DNA of 64,000 bases from Podarcis vaucheri (taxonomy: Eukaryota), in the NCBI GenBank assembly GCA_965113315.1, contig OZ220366.1; one strand, 5' to 3'. The position numbers were made by a program, and so were the translations under genes. Each line of letters begins with the position of its first letter. The first letter of the stretch is position 1. The notes beneath the pieces were generated by a model. The model did no database searches and was not told where the DNA came from. It saw nothing but the letters and a program-made list of their open reading frames with translations. Below are positions 58,436 through 64,000 of the stretch, one piece after another.

Positions 58436-61400
58436 TGTTTTATCTTCTGGAAACCACCTCCTCCTCTGTTGAATTTACATTGTTCTCTTCTGTTTGGAAC
58501 AGTTTACATACATTATCGTTGCAATTGCTTTATCTGTTTTCATAATTTTGCATTTTATTGTTGTAACCCATCCTGGGACCTTACATAGGAAATCATAAAG
58601 ATAAATAAAAATATGTGGGCTTCTCAGAAATTCAACAGTCTGATTCAAGCATGAAAATCATGTCAAGTAAAGAGGAAGGTGAGCCAACAATGGAGCTGGA
58701 ATGATAACAAAAGACCTTGTAGGGGCTGGTTGCCATGATGATGTCCCTTGTTGTGTACCCTTTAAAACCTTTACCATATGAAGCTTCCTGTGTCATGATT
58801 CCCCTGGATGCATGAAGTTCAGAAGCTTACATCTGCTTCAAATGTTTCAAAACCATGCTAGACTGCAACACACACTTGTTAAAAATCACTGTATTTTGCA
58901 GTTACTCAGCAAACCTTTCGAGGCTGGAGAGTTTACACAATTACACGGTACAAGATTAAATACCTTTTTTAAAAAGGTCATTTAAAAAATGGAAGTTTAG
59001 CTCTCTTGTCAGTTACAGACATTCTTCCAGTTTTTATATAGCTCACAAACTCATTCAAACTATTTACATACAACATTTACCATTTTTAATTGACTTGTTG
59101 ACAAGAATTTTGTTGCCAATATGGCATAGCATCATAATTTGTTTAGCCATCTGAGCAAATATTTCCAGAAATCAAGTTTCAGAAGCCTAATGAAAATAAT
59201 AAATGTATACCCCAATTTTGAGCTACAAACTCTGCCCACTCAGCAACATTCAATTGTACACACTTTATCTTTGTATTCTTTTGGATAACATTATATAAAA
59301 GTGGTGCAAACAGCAAAGAACAAATCCAACTACTAGTAGCTTACCTGCAACATCATATTTTCCAAACATAACAGTTTTTAGTGCTGTTCCCTGGGAGCAA
59401 AATGAATGGGTCATCCATGCAACTTGCTCATATATTAAACTATGAACTATGTATGAAGAATCCAAATGACATGAAAAATGTGAGAAAATATAAGAAAACA
59501 GGAGAAGAAATAGAATAGAGAAGAATAGGAAGAAAACAAATCCTCTCAGGAAGTTAAAAAAGAAAGGAGGACTTTAAGTCTCAAAACAGGCAACTGTAGA
59601 AATACATTACAAAATAAAGTATGTCCATCATGCTGTATCTACTCGAATCTAATGATCACCTTTTTTTGCCAAATGATGTTGCAAAAATTAAGGTGTGCAT
59701 TAGATTCTATGGCTTATTAGATTCAAGTAAATAAGTGATCTCCTTCTTCAAGAAAAAGATTTCTATTCCACATTGTGACGATTCAGTCGAGCCATTTTAA
59801 CATTTATTCAAGCAATGTATATGGAATAGAAATTTATTTGCCTCAGAAATGTATACAATGCATTTCAGTTTACTGTTCCAATAAATGCATCATTTTGAGG
59901 CTTTGCCTCCTTTTGGGGACTTGCAGGCCTCTCAATGCTGTCCCTTCCTCTTCCTGCCCAAAGATTTCCCTACACACCGCTTATTTACGGTAATATAAAA
60001 GATGGGAAACCAAAGTAATAATAAAACCATGAACTACATTTAAACCATCTCCTTGATTGTATTCCCGTCATAATGAATTACAGCAACAAAATCCCAGGGC
60101 ATTTAACAAGCAGAAGGAACACTTTCCATTTTAATGAGCCTATGCTTCTACAATGTCTCTGTACAATACAAATGTTTAACCATGATTTCCCAAAATAACC
60201 TGAGTTAGAAAATAGTAAGCTTGTGCAAAAAGTATCATTCCAAGAGAACTAAAGGGCAATAGGTTGAAGATCCTGAAAAAGCCAAATCAAACAAGTAGTT
60301 CAAATGAGAAATAAGTATGATTGAAAACTCCAGGGAGCACTGCAGTGAATCAACATGGCAACAACAATGACTGAAAGTGTTTGCCCAGTCTACACGGACA
60401 GCACCTCCAGGGATGTTTTTAAACAAGGAGACAAGTATATTAACAAGGAAAACAGGGAGAAAGACTGTTCAGAATAATAATCAAAACCTATTTTCACAAT
60501 AACCATTCCATATTTACTTATTGTGTTCACAAGACTGCTGTCTTATGAGGACACTCATCTTTTATCAGATAGATTCTCCATTAAGAAAATCTACCATATT
60601 TGAAGTGGCATCGGTAGCCAAATGAAAGAAAAGTTTATGCATGTTTCTTGTTGAGATTGATTGCAAAGAAGTCTCCATGTTTGGTATCAAAAAGTGATAT
60701 TAATAAAAAAAAGGATTCCAAGTCAATGTTTTCCTTAGCCACATATTTATTTGCAAAGAATAGCTTGGTCCAGACATGCAGAACTATAAGATGGGAATGG
60801 GAATGGGAATGGCAGAACACACCATCGCACTTCAGACGATGGAAGAATCACATTTTTTAAAGCTCTCTGGTGTGGAAAAAAAAGTGTGCCCATCCAGTGC
60901 AACAAGAACAAGGCTGAATTAGAATCTTTCTCCATGGTGTGCTACTATTACGTGCAAATGTAGCTATGTAATTTGCTACTCACTTAGGGCTGGTAATAAT
61001 CGTTTCCGAAGATCACCTGAAAGTTCAAGGTGAACCTGCCCAAGCAACTATTGCTGCACTATGCTACTCTGCCCCAAGCATGTAAATAGTGAAATGCTAC
61101 AATGGTTGTATTTATTCCCTCAACTCTACCTAGATAAGACCTTTTGCTTCTTAAGAAGGCTAGACAACAGGGCACTAGGACTGCATCAGCAGCAGTACTG
61201 CATTTCCCAGCTCCACAATTAACAGAAAAGTACTATGCAATATAGGAAACGACCATACACTTAGTCAAAGCAGCTCAGTATTATCTAGACCCCTGATTCC
61301 CTAACACTTTCCCCTCTATGAACCGCTTGAAAATTAGACTCTTGAAGGGCCACTTAATGATACCCCACCCCCAAGTGCCTATTGTAGCTATTGTAATGCA

Positions 61401-61917
61401 CTAGGCAAAATGATGTGTGACTTCTATTTGCATTTTAACTGCTTCTTTTATTTCTTATCCAACACTGATTACAAGTTGAAGTCCACAGAATTCACAGGCA
61501 CACTGTGGAACACCAGAATGATGTTTGTGGACCACAGTTTGTGAACCTGGCTCTCCAGGGTTTCTATCAGGAATTTCTCTTAGCCCTACCTGGAGTTGCC
61601 AGGGATTGAACCTCCTTGCAAAGAAAATGTTCTACTTCTGAGCTGCAGCCCTTCCCATTTTATGAAGTGGCTACATGTGCCCTATCTCTTCTGTTCTTAA
61701 GGCAGAGAGCAACCACAATGCGGTGCCGCTTTTACCAACAAGATGTAGCAGATGACCAACCACTCCTGAAACCTAACTGCAAAACTGCACAAAAATATAC
61801 ATATCTGACAAAGGATTTCAAGATTTCCCCTTCTTTGCACATATACACATGAATGTTTCCACACACAGCACACTTCACTGGGCACAAGAGTTAAAGAATC
61901 ATCTTGCATTTTCAGTA

Positions 61918-62158
61918 CAGTGGTACCTCGGGTTACATACACTTCAGGTTACATACGCTTCAGGTTCAGACTCCGCTAACCTAGAAATAGTACCTTGGGT
62001 TAAGAACTTTGCTTCAGGATGAGAACAGAAATCGCATGGCGGTGGCGCGGCAGCAGCGGGAGGCCCCATTAGCTAAAGTGATGCTTCAGGTTAAGAACAG
62101 TTTCAGGTTAAGAATGGACCTCCGGAACGAATTAAGTACGTAACCAGAGGTACCACTG
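61918..62158. mobile_element. Tigger-like MITE family A
   Basis: TA-flanked; closely similar to 7900-8141. Confidence 0.88.
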
Positions 62159-62439
62159 TATTTATTTGGCACCCAAAATCACACCTTTAGAATCTAAATG
62201 GTCATCTGCTCCTTCCAGGACTTTGTGTTAAAAAAGCTCCTATTGCGTTTCCATCTAGGGTTCACTATCCTCAGCCAAACAAATCAGCTCTTGCAAAGAA
62301 TGTAACGATTTCTGTACAAGGTCCCTACTTCTGCATTTGAAACAAGAATCCCTGGCGTGACCAAAAACTGGACAAACTGAGAATCAATGATAACTCTTCA
62401 TACCATTTCTGATCACGCTGTTTATGGAGGCTTAATCTG

Positions 62440-62567
62440 CACACAGCATAAGATTGTTAATCTCAGGGTTGTGGGTTTGAGCCCCATATTGGGCAAGAGA
62501 GTCCTGCATTGCAGAGGATTGGAATAAATGACCCTTGGGGTACCTTCCAACTCTACAATTCTGTAAT
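62440..62567 (+). mobile_element. Squam3-like SINE (tRNA head plus CR1 tail)
   Basis: TAATCTCAGGGTTGTGGGTTTGAGCCCC ... CCTTCCAACTCTACAATTCTG. Confidence 0.75.
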
Positions 62568-63544
62568 CCCAAAATGTAGTTACACATCCAGAAATCAACT
62601 TACAGTGTTCAACTTCTGAGACAATGCAAAGGAGTAGCACAGTCATTAAATTTTATTATCATGTTTTGTCCATTCTGCTTTTATGCAGTAAGTTATATTA
62701 AAATGATGTTTTGTTATGTTAAAAGAATTGCTGATTCTTCATCCCAGGAGTATTTCCACTCTACCAACACCCTGCTTTGCCACAAATCACAATTCCTGCA
62801 TGTTTTTCTACATATCAGCTGCACAGTGCAAACCCTTTGAATTGGTGGTAGCCCAGAAATAGCTGGCAAGAATAATCATCTATTAAAAACACACTGCAGT
62901 CTCACACTTTGGTGTCAACAATTCAATTCAAAGTACCAAAGAGTGAACCAAGAATTCAATTTAATACATTGTTAGGCAAGGGTCTCAAACAGGAAAACAG
63001 TTGACATTTCAAAAAAAATTTGCAACTGAACTTTTACTTTTACCCTTTAATTCCTTGCTCACAAGTAACTGTGAAACATACGACTTTATGACAGAAGTGC
63101 ATAAAGCATTTGTTAATTAAGTGTGCTTTCTCATAAGGAAACTATACATCATCCAATGTGATGGCAGTATAATTCTATACAGCATCAGTTATTTACACAC
63201 TATAAAGTCTGAAACATACATATGTAAGAGTCAGGTGTACCAGATCAAGGTATACATACATACATAACCCATAGGTGCAGATCAGTAAAGCACAGCAAAC
63301 TTTCACAACAACTACAGCAAGGGAAGGTCAAGTCACCCATCCTCTTGCGCAGCAGTGCCCTTCCACAAACTTTGAGGCAGCAATAGCTATGTGGGCTAAT
63401 TTCCAACTTTTGTTTCGAGTTGTACCACTACAGGCTGCAGGTATAGGGGCTGTCGTGAGCTGAAAGCACCACCAGACACAATGTTCCCCCCTCCTCCACC
63501 CCACCAAACAAAAAACAAACACACCTTCACAGAGTGAACTAGAT

Positions 63545-63819
63545 CAGTGGTTCCCAATTAGCTAATTACTGAAGATCCCCTATTTTTCAAAATCCAAGCC
63601 ATGGGAAAATTTGATAACTCTATGGTAGCTACCTCTGCAAGGCAATTTTTTGAACAAAATGTGGAGCAGCCCCTAATAAGCAAACGATTTTAGGTACGCT
63701 AAAAAAACAGACGATAAAATTTGTGATACTACCATGCAAAAAATTATTTAAGGGAGAAGCAAGGGATGGAGTTGCAGACCCCCGGGATAGGTTCTGTGGA
63801 CCCCTAACTGGGAACAGTG
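63545..63819. mobile_element. hAT-Charlie-like MITE (old)
   Basis: CAGTGGTTCCCA ... TGGGAACAGTG ends. Confidence 0.55.
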
Positions 63820-64000
63820 ATTCAATAATCATAAGGTGATGATGGTTTTCTTGCTAACCACAGACAGCCTTTAAGGCTGTCACTTTCTGTTTGGGTAGTG
63901 CACTGCAATAGCTTTGAACAGAACACGTGTGCTACTTTTAAATTGCCTACACCCAGCGTTTGAAACTCCCATTATTCGAGGCGTGTTCTGTGACAGGGAA

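Noticed and set aside
55350-64000. RBM26 exon 1, promoter or CpG island
   Set aside because: I found no MVSKMIIENFEALKSW-like coding segment and no CpG island, so it lies beyond the window.

Overview
Vertebrate genomic DNA, most likely from a lacertid-type lizard (inferred from Sauria/Squam SINEs, BovB, L2, CR1, L1 and many hAT and Tc1 MITEs). The main feature is RBM26 (RNA-binding protein 26) on the minus strand. I traced 21 coding exons (exons 2-22, 55349 down to the TGA at 22276-22278). All introns are GT-AG and all phases are consistent, giving 2962 nt of CDS in the window and about 1010 aa once the absent exon 1 (beyond 64000) is added. Bases 1-21000 are downstream non-coding DNA with repeats and a few TE-free, enhancer-like blocks. 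I see no novel multi-gene system. The best leads concern RBM26 splicing: a near-perfect 200-bp tandem duplication that copies the exon 20 donor, several candidate poison or micro-exons, and a candidate distal terminal exon with its own polyA signal. These splice-level candidates rest on motifs only and need RNA or conservation evidence.
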